Notes: generated by a model not told the origin, from the letters alone. Shown: positions 1 through 11,172, counted from the first letter of the stretch. The stretch is 37,013 nt of DNA from Octopus bimaculoides (GCF_001194135.2 NC_068984.1:84221560-84258572), one strand, 5' to 3'. Made by a program: numbers and translations.

Positions 1-337
1 TATATATATATTTTTTTATTCTACTGTAATTGTACCGGTCTCTAATATTTTTAATCAACTTTTAATCGCAGTTTATTTATATTGTTCTATTGTATTTTTA
101 ATCGATTTTTTTATTCTTATGTATAAAAATTTTGACTTCCCTTTGCTAATTTGGTTTTGTGGTTTATGCTGTACTTCTTATATGTGGTCATTGGTGGGCT
201 ACGGCTTTTTGAGTCGATGACCTAACGGTTTTATTCTGCAATTAACTTTGTACCTATGTTTCAACTAGTTTGAGCACTTCTTTTACAGCCTTGTATAAAT
301 TCTTGATTTTCTAATACAAAACTGTTAATATTGAATA

Positions 338-380
<43 letters not shown>

Positions 381-459
381 AAGAGGGGGAGAAAGAAAGG
401 AATGAATTAGGGAATGAGATGTGGCAGTTTATGGTTACTTATAGCTTTCATTCCTTCAG

Positions 460-489
460 TTAAAGCTGTTGAATATTCTTTGGAGATGA
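460..489 (+). CDS. Candidate exon Z of unidentified multi-exon gene (xKAVEYSLEM)
   Basis: Acceptor ctttcattccttcag| and donor |gtaaca; 30 nt, phase 1-1, compatible with exon 4015-4080. Short, so chance cannot be excluded. Confidence 0.3.
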   Translation, partial: LKLLNILWR

Positions 490-1560
490 GTAACAACATG
501 AAATTACGCAATTTATACTGAACAAATTATAGAACCATATTAGAAGTGAAAATGCTACTGAACCATTAACAAAGGTATTGAAGAAATTCTAGATTTTTAA
601 AAAGTAGCAAGAACAATATATAATATTTAAACTATTAACTATTATTCCTTAAATGCCAACCTTCACCCCTACTATTAGCTTGAGTTCGTGTGAGAGCTCA
701 TCAACTGCCTATAACAGTTCATAAAATATCTAATTAGTGAAAGACCAAGGTTTTTGTGATATGACTCAACACCTGATAGTGCTAATTATTTATAAAAAAG
801 AAATTTTGTCTTGTTTATATTCAAGGATATGAGCAAACTTTTTTTTTTTACCTATCCTGTCTTCACCTGTTCTCATGTCTGTCCAATTCACATTTTTTGT
901 CTACTTGTTTTCTTGTCTGTCTTGCTATTTTAATCTCTTGTATTGTCTTGTTTGTCTACCAGTCTCTCTTTTATCTATTTATCCTCTTTGGCTTTTTACC
1001 ACTTTCTTACCCACTTGTCCTCCTGTCTGTCTGTCTTACCTCTTGTTCTCCTGTGTGTCAGCCTATCCTTTACCTACTTTTCAGTTTGTATGTCAGTCTC
1101 TCTCCCACCTACATGTTCTCTTCATATTTATCCCTCTTTTACCTATCTATTCTCTTCTATTTTAGTCACTTCCTTACCTATCTGTCTTCATGTCAACCTT
1201 TAGATTTTCCTTTATAATCAATGTCTTGCCAACTGACCTGAATATGCTTTGCTGATGAGTTCTGGTATGACTGAAACATGTCTGATGCTTTCACCAGTAG
1301 ACTTCCTGTCTGCATTGCCTATAGGGGGTTCCTATAAGGTTGTTATCCACCCCTGATTGGAACTCTCCCGTATGACATGTACGCATGCTCAGTGACTTGC
1401 TTTAACTTCTGCAGATATGTTTCTTTATATATATATATATATATATATTATGTTTATTTATTAATAAGAGTAGAAATTGATATTAATCAATTAGAACCAG
1501 TGGTCTAGCATATTAAAAAAAATCGAAGATTAAAATTATATTACATACAAAAATAAGAGG

Positions 1561-1653
1561 AATGACCAGCAAAAGTGGACTCTTATATGCTAGAAATAGA
1601 TGCCGATTTGGCATCTATTTCTAGCATATAGGAGTCCACTTTTGCTGGTTATT
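1561..1653. repeat. Inverted repeat, 44-bp arms, 5-nt loop
   Basis: 1561-1604 versus 1610-1653, two mismatches. Confidence 0.9.
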
Positions 1654-2075
1654 NNNNNNNNNNNNNNNNNNNNNNNNNNNNNNNNNNNNNNNNNNNNNNN
1701 NNNNNNNNNNNNNNNNNNNNNNNNNNNNNNNNNNNNNNNNNNNNNNNNNNNNNNNNNNNNNNNNNNNNNNNNNNNNNNNNNNNNNNNNNNNNNNNNNNNN
1801 NNNNNNNNNNNNNNNNNNNNNNNNNNNNNNNNNNNNNNNNNNNNNNNNNNNNNNNNNNNNNNNNNNNNNNNNNNNNNNNNNNNNNNNNNNNNNNNNNNNN
1901 NNNNNNNNNNNNNNNNNNNNNNNNNNNNNNNNNNNNNNNNNNNNNNNNNNNNNNNNNNNNNNNNNNNNNNNNNNNNNNNNNNNNNNNNNNNNNNNNNNNN
2001 NNNNNNNNNNNNNNNNNNNNNNNNNNNNNNNNNNNNNNNNNNNNNNNNNNNNNNNNNNNNNNNNNNNNNNNNNNN

Positions 2076-2480
2076 AATTTACACCTCATCATGCTCATGG
2101 CCAAATCAGTGAATGGTTGCTGAAAGCAGATTGGGATCAGGCAATACTTCACCGAGAGGAGATATAAGCTTCTGCTTATTCCTGTCTGAAGTATCGTCCG
2201 ATACTTCAGACTTATCGTCTGATGAATTTACTTTGTTGACATTCTTCATCGACAGAATTTTTATACCTTTCAACCTTTCAGTCAAGTCCGCCTTTCTTAC
2301 AGTAACATACTATCCATATAATCTTAAATATTTCTTTAACTCAGGCACAGTAAGTACTTCGATAGCTGAATTATCGAGCTGCTTTATATCCATGATAAGA
2401 CGTAAAACAATAACAATAGCGTGGATAGTCTGCAGAAGTTTGTCTACATGGAGCGCCGCCTAGCCAAGGGAGATAACCTA
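2076..2480 (-). mobile_element. Transposon-type ORF remnant with SAP-domain motif, running into an N gap
   Basis: Reverse strand from ATG at 2393: MDIKQLDNSAIEVLTVPELKKYLRLYG*YVTVRKADLTERLKGIKIL...GEVLPDPNLLS. The L-x-V-x-ELK-x-x-L...KADL-x-ERL pattern is a SAP motif, with one in-frame TAG. Confidence 0.6.
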
Positions 2481-3061
2481 CTTATAGGAAAGCCCTATAT
2501 TTTCTAAAGATTTTGCTAGGCTAATATCAAAGCATCTCTCTTATTGTTTTTAGATGTTTAAGCACTCCCCAAAGGAGTATTTAGTTACTAATTATAGAGA
2601 AAATCTCTATTAGTTAAAATATTCATTTCACCATACTACATGTGTGAGGCTCTACTGCATATCATCTTGTATGCCAGTTTTCTCTTTCTGATCCCATCAA
2701 CTTAATTATTCGTTTTCCCATCTACCCGTCTTCCAAAATGCTTGTCTCTCTCTTTCTTACTTCTCTTCTTGTATACCTGTTTGTATCTCTGTTACCTACC
2801 TATCCTATTCTATATCTGTCTTTCTCTATTTTACATGTTATAATTATTGCAAATTCTATCTTTGGTATATATTTCTGCCATGTCCCTACTGTGACTAAGT
2901 TTTCATATTTTACTTATATGGTATTGAAAAAATCATAAAGGAAAAACATATTTTATTTAATAATCTGCCCTTGATGTTGGAAAGCTGCTATCTTGAAGAG
3001 CTCATCTTTACAAGAAAGCAATGGGACCTGAAGCCACGTGATTGTGAAACAAGTTTCTTAA

Positions 3062-3290
3062 TCACACAGCCATACCTGCACATGCACATACACATATACA
3101 CATACACACGACAGGCTTCCTCATTGTTTCCACTTACCAATTTACAAGTAGTAGAAGACACTTGCCCAAGATGCAAAGTCAGTTTCCAAAAATCAAGACT
3201 TAAAAACAAGTCAATTTGTTCCAGTAAACGATTTTAAGGTAGTGCCTTAGCATGGTTGCCATCCAATAATTGAAATGAGTAAAAGATAAG
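3062..3290. mobile_element. Degenerate SINE family B pieces in opposite orientations
   Basis: agtagaagacacttgcccaag on the minus strand; agcatggttgcc...gagtaaaagataag tail on the plus strand. Confidence 0.5.
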
Positions 3291-4014
3291 TTTCAAGATG
3301 TGAGTATGTATGGGAGGGGGTTACAGCTTCAGTTTTCTGACTGTGTAGGAATATACTGGAACTAAATTAAAATTCTTTATAGAAAGGAAGGTCATCCCCC
3401 CCAAATTAACCTTCCTCTAAAAAAAAAAAAAAAAAATCAAGTTCAGTATTTTCAGAAGAAAATAGGGTCTCCACACATATATACACACACCTTAATAAAT
3501 TCTTATACAATCCCTACAACTTGAAATTAGTGTTCACAGACAATGAATGCCCACCCACTCGGGAACATCTAATATCCGCTTAAACTTACAAAACTATAAA
3601 TCCTACAGTCCTAAAAAGCCCAAGGGCAAAACTATCATTTGACNNNNNNNNNNNNNNNNNNNNNNNNNNNNNNNNNNNNNNNNNNNNNNNNNNNNNNNNN
3701 NNNNNNNNNNNNNNNNNNNNNNNNNNNNNNNNNNNNNNNNNNNNNNNNNNNNNNNNNNNNNNNNNNNATTTACATCTATTTTATTTATATTAATATTAAT
3801 GGGTTGTTTTGGTAGCAAAATGTACATTGTAACATGTAAGTGAAACAAAGGGAAGGGGGGTTGTACTTTTTTTTAGCATTTCCTTATTACCCAGTAACCA
3901 CTCAAATGTGAAGTAGGAAGTAGGAATAGCAATTGCATATTTGTGTACTGAGAATAGATAAAGAATGGTTATAGAGTGCTTTGAACTCAATTCAAAATTT
4001 TATTTTATTTTTAG

Positions 4015-4080
4015 ATCTGGTAAATGATCTTTGTGTAGCAACAGCAGTTCTTTCACAGAACTGTGAGCAGTACTTCAACG
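4015..4080 (+). CDS. Candidate exon A (xLVNDLCVATAVLSQNCEQYFN)
   Basis: Acceptor ttttattttattttag|, donor |gtgtgt; 66 nt, phase 1-1. The final G plus AA of exon B gives Glu. The alternative donor gtgagc would give TAA. Confidence 0.6.
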
Positions 4081-4215
4081 GTGTGTACAATCATATTTAG
4101 CATGTTTGTGTACACTTGGATGCAGGAAAACATTTTGCTGTGAAAATAGCCATGGGAGAAGAATCTTCTCTTAGACAATATGTGTAAAACATATTTTTCA
4201 TATTTAATTCAATCT

Positions 4216-4410
4216 TTCATCCACACAATACAAATTGCTAACTTATTTCCCCTAACTTCTATTTCATGCATTATTGTATCAGCTACAAACACTGAATCCA
4301 TCATTCATAGCTCTCTGAGATAGGTTCAGTGTCTGTAGCTGATGAAATGCAATAATGCATGAAATCGAAGTTAGGGGAAATAAGTTAGCAATTTGTATTT
4401 TGTGGATGAA
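4216..4410. repeat. Inverted repeat, about 81/86-bp arms, 28-nt spacer (MITE-like)
   Basis: 4216-4296 versus 4325-4410, a few mismatches and one 5-nt indel. Confidence 0.9.
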
Positions 4411-4419
4411 GGGAAAAAG

Positions 4420-5330
4420 TCCGCAAACTACTACCTTGTAAAACATGAAGAACTACTGAAACATACAGCAATGAACTAGGACTTACTTATATTGAATTAA
4501 AGAAGTATATCAACGGATGATAATTTGTGGAAGAAAGGAAGTTGTTATAGAAATGCAATTATATGGATATATCCACAGAGATAGTGAGAATGCTAACAAT
4601 TATGATTCATCCTGGGAGTGGTTCCTAATGCAGATTTAAAGAAAAAAATCTGAGAATTTGTTGGTAGCTGCCCAAGATCAAGCACTAAATATTAATTCAG
4701 TGAATAAGGATATTTATTGCACCAGCTCTACAACAGTGAGCAGAAAATAATGATATTGAAACAGGTTGTAAACTGCTAACTCAGAAAGAATACAAGTAGT
4801 AGTATAAGATTTGTGTGAATTTATATTGATCACTTGGTAAAAAAAAAAAAGGTTGCTACACTTCAGATGAGTGTTACAATCATGTAATAAATAAAGGCTT
4901 CAAATGAACCTGGTAAACCAAAGGTTTTTATGAGATTTTTGACAGCCAGATAGAATGATGGAACACCATAAGCCAGATATTATTATTCATGATATGGAAA
5001 AGAAAAAGTGAATCATAATGGATTGTGTAACTCCTTCTGACAAAATCATTGCTAACAAGGAAATACAAAATATTTCAAAATACACTGAATAGAAAGTAGA
5101 AATATCAAGAGTATGGGGATGCCCTGTAGCACAAGTGTAAGTTAAATTAGTTATCATCAAAGGATTATGTTCACTCTTAAAAAAAAATCTGTCTACTATC
5201 TAGAACAGTTGGACATCAAGACAGACATCAAGACAAAGTAGAGTACTTTCTGTCAAAAGCTTTTAGTTTGAAGGGAAAAATAAAAACTTGTAATTCATAT
5301 TAACATTGTCTGATGAAGAAATAATAATAA
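4420..5330 (+). mobile_element. Degenerate 3' part of an R4/Dong-like non-LTR retrotransposon (post-RT, zinc knuckle, restriction-like endonuclease)
   Basis: Broken frames contain AAQDQAL, GCKLLTQKEYK, KPDIIIHD, IMDCVTPSD, KYTE*KVEISRVWG; ends in (AAT)n near 5320-5330. Confidence 0.75.
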
Positions 5331-5339
5331 TCAGTTATT

Positions 5340-5805
5340 TGACCTTAACCAGTTGAGCATGTCCCTTAGTAGCTGATGATATGATCATCTCTGATCATGA
5401 GCAGAAGTAGTGGGGGAACATCATAGCCATGTGTTGAGAGGAATTCTTTGGGGTTTGGATAATTCACCTTTGGAAACATGGGTGTTTCGTTCAACATCCT
5501 TGAACAACCCTTATTCAGGGACCTTTTGAATGGGAAGGGCTACTCATACAGTAACATCTCTTAACCTTCACTTGCCTTAGGATGCTGAGTGTGTCTTAGC
5601 GAGTGATTGTAACAAACATGCAGATTAAAAGTAAATAATAACAAGGGCACTCAGAGTGCAAACCTCCACCAAGGCAACACCAATGTCCTCTCAACAATTA
5701 ACTAGAGGTGATTTTTAAAATGAAAATATCTGAAATAAACTCGACTGCTCTCACAAACAAGAATACTAAAAATGAACCTGACTGCTCTCAATAATAATAA
5801 TAATA
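5340..5805. repeat. Two short interspersed-repeat fragments (5340-5545, 5632-5805)
   Basis: GC-richer blocks lying between the two LINE remnants; the second ends in (AAT)n. Recognised as repeat-like but not assigned. Confidence 0.35.
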
Positions 5806-5809
5806 CCAC

Positions 5810-7676
5810 ACATTTACTGAAGGACATAGAAAGTCTATGACAGAAATAAAGCAGAAAGTCCTGAATAAGCTTGCAGCTGTAAGACATGCCAATATGCATG
5901 ATAGAGAACAACTTCATAAACTCTTATATACAATCAAAAATAGAAAACAAATTAAAATTGGAAGCTATGTAACAAAAGAAATTATACAAGATCTAAAACC
6001 AGATCTCACTGAATTAAGTGAATTTATTTACACAGCTGCTAAAACAATTGAAATCAGTTGTAATGCCTCTGAAAAAACAAAGAAATACAAACCTGAGAAG
6101 AATTCCAAACTGGAAAAGTAAAATTGAAAAAGAGATTGATATAATTACAGGTGAAATATTAATATTAAAGGAATTAATCTGTGGAAAAGATGTAAAAACC
6201 AGAAAAGGAAGAAAGATGAAGAGAAAACAGTTTCTTACCAAGAGAAGAAATACTTTAAGCAAAAGAAACAGTGAAGCAAAGAGTCCAAGCAAAAGCTCAA
6301 AGAATACGAAGATTTGTGAAGAGAAACAAGTTTTACAAACAAAATAAGCTGTTCACATCCAATATGAAAACATTCTACATTATTTTCACAAAGAAGATAC
6401 CACTTTAATGGAAGAAGTTGAATATTTTTGGAAATTTGAAATCTCTTACAAAACCACCACAACTGGACTGGCAAAATATCTAGAAACATCTAGCAACTAA
6501 ATGCTAAAGTTTGTTGAAAACCATGAAAGATGTGAGAAGCTTCATTCTGTTATGAAGGAGAGCAAAAAATTTTCAAGTGAGTTTATGCATATTACCCAGG
6601 TTGAATAACATGATGGAAGTGTAGCAAATGTAGTTGCAAAGAAGGTGAAATCAATAGCAAAGCAAGATGTGTTTGAACAATTGGCTGATAGGTGGGAACA
6701 AAAACCTCTGCATGGCAAATATGTGGCCCATAGCAAATAAGCTGATGTAGACCAGAAGCACACATATCAATGGCTATGGAGCTCAGGGCTAAAGGCAGAA
6801 AGTAAAGGCTTTATCTTGGCTACTCAAGATCAGAGCTTATTGACCCGGAACTATCAAGCCAATGTGATAAAAAATAGTGTAGACTCAAAGTGCCAAAACT
6901 GCAACGATGGGATTGAAATAGTGGACCACCTAATTTCCGGGTGTAAGGTTTTTGCACCTGTAGAGTACAAATCAAATCATGACAGAGTTGGCCAATATCT
7001 ACATTGGATAATGTTCAGCATTATAAAATCAAAACTGCAGACAAATGGTACAAGCACCACCCTTAAGTTGTAACTGAGGGAGAAAATGTAACTATTCTTT
7101 GGGATTTCCCAATGTGTACAGATCGGACCATCAAGGCAAATAAACCAGGTATTGTTGTGAAAGACAAAAGCAATAGTCTGTTTATTGATTGACATGAGCA
7201 TACCCTGTGACCATAATATTTTGGCAAAAAAAATTGATAAGCTCAGAAAATATAAAGATTTGCTAATCGAAATCAAAAAGATGTGGCATCTTAAGACGGT
7301 TACAATACCAGTGATTGTAGGAGTACTTGGAATGATCAAAAAATGTTCCCTGGCTTACCATCCATACAGGAAGTACAAAAGATTGTCTTAACTGCTATGT
7401 CACATGTATTGAGAAGAGAATTGTTGCTGTGAATTTTCTTTTTTTTTCCCTTTTATTTTCTTTGTTTATTTTGATATTTAAAATTTTTTTCTTTTTCTCT
7501 GTCTTTCTTTCCCTTTTTCTCTATCACATGACTTTGTAAATGAACAATCTGGGGTGTTTATTTTAATGGCCTACAAATATATACAGTGCTTTTCTCTGCC
7601 CTAGGTGTCAGGAAGACACTCGGCAAGAAAAGGAAACAGAATTGAAAGAAGATGATAATGAAAATAATAATAATAA
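5810..7676 (+). mobile_element. R4/Dong-like non-LTR retrotransposon, 5'-truncated and internally deleted (RT core missing)
   Basis: Pre-RT motif KQRVQAKAQRIRRFVKRNKFYKQNKLF; post-RT KPLHGKY, QWL..SGLKAES.GFILATQDQSL; CQNC..E.VDHLISGC zinc knuckle; ILWDF, KP.IVV, ID..IP.D, K.RKY.DL endonuclease motifs; T-rich 3' UTR and (AAT)n tail. Confidence 0.85.
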
Positions 7677-7970
7677 GAAGTGGAGGAGGAGGAGGGAAAG
7701 GAAAATGCTGATAACGCCTTCTATTTACCATGAGGAGAACAGATGAGGGTGTATTACATGAACAAATGTGGTGTGGGTTTACATTGAAATTAAATGAGAG
7801 AAAATGAAGATCAAAATGGAAGTATACCGAGTATACAAACTTTTGTAATACCCGTACAGAAGAGCTATCACTTCTGGTTAATCAGGGAATCCCACAGTTT
7901 CTTGATTGTACAGCATCTGACAAGACTATAGTTACCAGAATGTTTATTTAGCATAATGCTACATTTTCAG

Positions 7971-8051
7971 AATCAGTCATAAATTTTCATAAAAAAGATA
8001 AGCTGTTCTTGATAAGGCTTCGTCAATTATCCAAGCAAAGACCACCAAAGA
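7971..8051 (+). CDS. Candidate exon B (ESVINFHKKDKLFLIRLRQLSKQRPPK)
   Basis: Acceptor acattttcag|, open 81 nt in phase 1; donor |gtattt is weak and its position uncertain. Confidence 0.6.
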
Positions 8052-8058
8052 GTATTTA

Positions 8059-8101
<43 letters not shown>

Positions 8102-8246
8102 GGCCAGTAAAATACCACTGAGAAAAGGGCATTAGTAGCCACGTGTTGGTAGAATTGACAATACAATAGCCAACAGGCCATACAACAAACAGCATGAAGT
8201 ATTCTTCTCCACTAAACAATATAACATACCTTTGAGCTTTCTTAAG

Positions 8247-8274
8247 GATACAAAGAATTGTTGGAGATTCAGCT
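8247..8274 (+). CDS. Candidate exon C (RYKELLEIQL), one of several ways to bridge B to D
   Basis: Acceptor ctttcttaag|, weak donor |gttaat; 28 nt, phase 1-2, which gives the phase that exon D needs. Confidence 0.3.
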
Positions 8275-8937
8275 GTTAATTTGATCAGATTGAGCTGTTA
8301 AGTTTGGCTTTAACATTGTGCTTCCAGGAAATAGCTTGTTAGTGGAGAAAAGGCATCTTGTCCAGACTACTACAGTACATTCTATGAGATAAACTACTGT
8401 AAATTCATCTGGTAAAGCATGTTCCTCATTTAGGTGAAAGCATGATATATCTGGAGCAATGGATTTGAGGACCATACCTTGTCAATCAACAAACAACCAA
8501 TACCATAAGTCTGCTTAATCTGAACTGATCCAAGGCTACACAAATATTGCATGTTTTATTTGGTTTAAGGTTCACCTGAGATGTTTTGTACATAAAAACT
8601 GGGTAGCATAATTTGTTGAATACCAGCAGTCTATCTGATAAATACTGGCTGTTTGTTTGGTTTGGTCAACATCAGCAGTTTATTTGGTCGATTGACACAT
8701 GCAGTTTATTTAGTCAACATTAGCAGTTTATTCAGCTCTAGAAGTTACCATGATTACAATCTAACAATAAGAGTCAACCAAACATCTGTACAACACAAGT
8801 TAATGCAACATATAATAAAACAGTATGCTGCCATTGTCCTAAACATGCAGACTTAAAAAACAGAAAGATTTTTTCTTTTTCTGTCTCAAGTCTGTTTTGA
8901 TAATATGCAGCAAATATTACTGCTGAATTGTTATATC

Positions 8938-9110
8938 AGACAAAATGCTTAGTGGTATTTCTTTTGGCTTTATGTCCTAAGTTAAAATGTCTTCAAGGTT
9001 GCCTTTCATCCTTTGGGGGTTGATAAATTAAGTACCAGTTGATTACTGGGTTGACATAATTAACTAGCCCCCTCTCCAAAATTTCAGGTCTTGTGCCTAT
9101 TGTAGAAAGG
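8938..9110 (+). mobile_element. SINE family A, 5'-truncated copy
   Basis: Central block gcctttcatcctttgggggttgataaattaagtaccag, shared with the other family A copies. Confidence 0.8.
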
Positions 9111-9133
9111 TTTATTATTTTGTTTTAAAAAAA

Positions 9134-9346
9134 GGCAGTGAGTTGGCAGAGTCGTTAGCATGTCGGGCAAAATGCTTAGTAGCTTTTCACCTGTCTTTAC
9201 ATTCAGAGTTCAAATTCCACTGGGGTCAACTTTGCCTTTCATCCTTTCGGGGTTGATAAAATAAGTACCAATTGAGTGCTGGGGTCGATGTAATTGACTA
9301 TCCCCCTCTCTCAAAATTCCAAGACCTTGTGCCTATAGTAGAAAGG

Positions 9347-9395
<49 letters not shown>
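9134..9395 (+). mobile_element. SINE family A, full length with (ATT)n tail
   Basis: tRNA-like head (tggcagagtcg, gagttcaaattcc), central block, (ATT)n at 9347-9395. Confidence 0.85.
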
Positions 9396-9396
<1 letters not shown>

Positions 9397-9779
9397 TGAG
9401 TGAGAGAGCAGCACATGCCATTATTATTATTATTGGTTACTGTAACCAAATGTTATATTTACATCCTAAAAACATTGAGACATGAAGAACTGAATCAGCC
9501 TCTCTGTAGCTGCCTGATCTGCATAAAAAGAGCTGTTAAATCTCTCTCATATCAGACTCTTGTCTTAAAAAACTAGAAACTATGGATACCACATTTTAAA
9601 ATTGCTCATATATACACCAAACCCGGAAAGAAGACATGAATTATTATGGGTTGAATGCTTTTGATCTAAAGTTTGTTCAATCAAAGCTATAAAATAATAA
9701 TTATAACAACATAAAGGGTAAAGTCTTGCAGTGTAGTGAGGATTTTTCAGTTTTGAGAGGTACATGGCAGCTTCATTAG

Positions 9780-9997
9780 TGCTGGTGTCATAATGCACTC
9801 AGTACACTCTGTAAAGTGGTTGGCGATAGGAAGAGCATCCAACAAGAAAAATTATGTCAAAAAAAAAAGATGTATGAGTGATACTAAGTCTGCTAAGCTA
9901 TCAATGAGGACAGTAACTTCAAATTAGATTTAACTTGAACTGTGATGGCCTACCCAACCAATGCCAGCATGAAAAACAAATAGATGATGATGATGAT
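9780..9997 (+). mobile_element. Degenerate RTE 3' terminal block
   Basis: gtggttggcgataggaagagcatcc...atgccagcatgaaaa...gatgatgatgat; similar to 24620-24785. Confidence 0.55.
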
Positions 9998-10728
9998 AAA
10001 AAAATGTCTTAAAATTGAGATAAATCAATGTCAGTCTAGAAAAATAACTGACATTGATTCATTTTTCAGGGTAAGACCCACAAAATTAATTAAAGACTTT
10101 GATTGATAGTTATGTAACAAGGTAAACAAATAAGCAGTTATTTATACAATCATTTTTACATGCTGCTGTGGTTTAACCACCCCTTTGCTTCCCTAGTCAA
10201 CCTTAATTGAACAAACTCATGATCAAAGGCATTTTGGCTATGACCATCCAATCTTTTTAGGGGCATCTAGTACTACATTATGTAATGTGTTCTGTTGAAA
10301 AACTACAAGTGTGATTTGAGAGAGAGATTTGGCTACTACTTCTACCAGGTTGAGCAATTATGTAGAGGATCTCTTATTGGTTAACCATGGTAACATTATT
10401 GAATTTCTGTCATAACCAGTTATGTATCAACATGCCAAAATATAGGTGGTTGCACGAAGTTATGGTTATTGCCCAGTTATCAACCTCGACACACCATTTT
10501 GTAAATGAATTAGTATCTAGGCATATACTTGTTTAGATTTTAATAAAAAGCCTTCCACTACTATTGCTCAACATGTTGGGAAGGAGAGGTAAGTGAATCT
10601 TATTGAATCATTAAATAATAATGAAATTCAGTTCAGTTCAGTTTCCATCCTGGGATACTGAAAATACTTTCATGGGGCCTAATTTTACAGCAACACTAAA
10701 TACATAGTGATATTACTTCACATATCAA

Positions 10729-10941
10729 GGTGGCAAGCTGACATGATTGTTAGCATACTGTGCAAAATGCTTAGCAGCAATTTGCCAATCTTTACTTTCT
10801 GAGTTCAAATGCTGCCAAGGGTGACTTTGCCTTTTCTCCTTTCAGAGTCAATAAAATAACTACTAGTCAAACACTGAGGTCGATGTAATCAATTTATTCT
10901 CTCCCTTGAAATTGCTGGCCTTGTGTCAAAATTTGAAATCA
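10729..10941 (+). mobile_element. SINE family A
   Basis: Full head-to-tail similarity; flanked by a 16-bp direct repeat. Confidence 0.8.
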
Positions 10942-10960
10942 ATATTACTTCACATATTAA

Positions 10961-11172
10961 GGCAGCAAGCTGGCAGAACTGTTAGCATGCAGGGAAAAAT
11001 TCTTAGTGACATTTCGCTTGTCTTTACATTCTGAGTTCAAATGCTTTCAAAGTCGACTTTGCCTTTCATCCTTCCAGGGTTAATAAAATAAGAACCAGTT
11101 GAGTACTGGGGTTGATGAAATCGACTAGCCTCCTCTCCCAAAATTTCTGGCCTTGTGCCTATATTAGAAAGA
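10961..11172 (+). mobile_element. SINE family A (different 3' end variant)
   Basis: Full head-to-tail similarity; flanked by a 16-bp direct repeat. Confidence 0.85.

Noticed and set aside
180-338. Repeat-like block with a hammerhead-like ctgtaaaag...gaaacatagg on the minus strand
   Set aside because: The catalytic core is too degenerate and the family cannot be supported from the sequence alone.
875-1217. Three overlapping hydrophobic ORFs (also 2738-2938)
   Set aside because: Pyrimidine-rich low-complexity DNA lacks stop codons; no gene signal.
1600-2152. Long ORFs spanning N gaps (also 3603-3848 and 21527-21999)
   Set aside because: Open only because Ns contain no stops.
8343-8411. Possible exon GEKASCPDYYSTFYEINYCKFIW, with a 12-nt partner at 16865-16876 (DIYL)
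   Set aside because: Phases can be made to fit between C and D, but the acceptor is weak and it needs a second speculative microexon. Unresolved without cDNA.
8269-8475. Minus-strand 68-aa ORF MVLKSIAPDISCFHL...
   Set aside because: No recognisable domain, it stops before the nearby donor, and it has no partner exons on that strand.
10436-10470. Mariner-TIR-like string tataggtggttgcacgaagt
   Set aside because: No matching second TIR or transposase remnant found.
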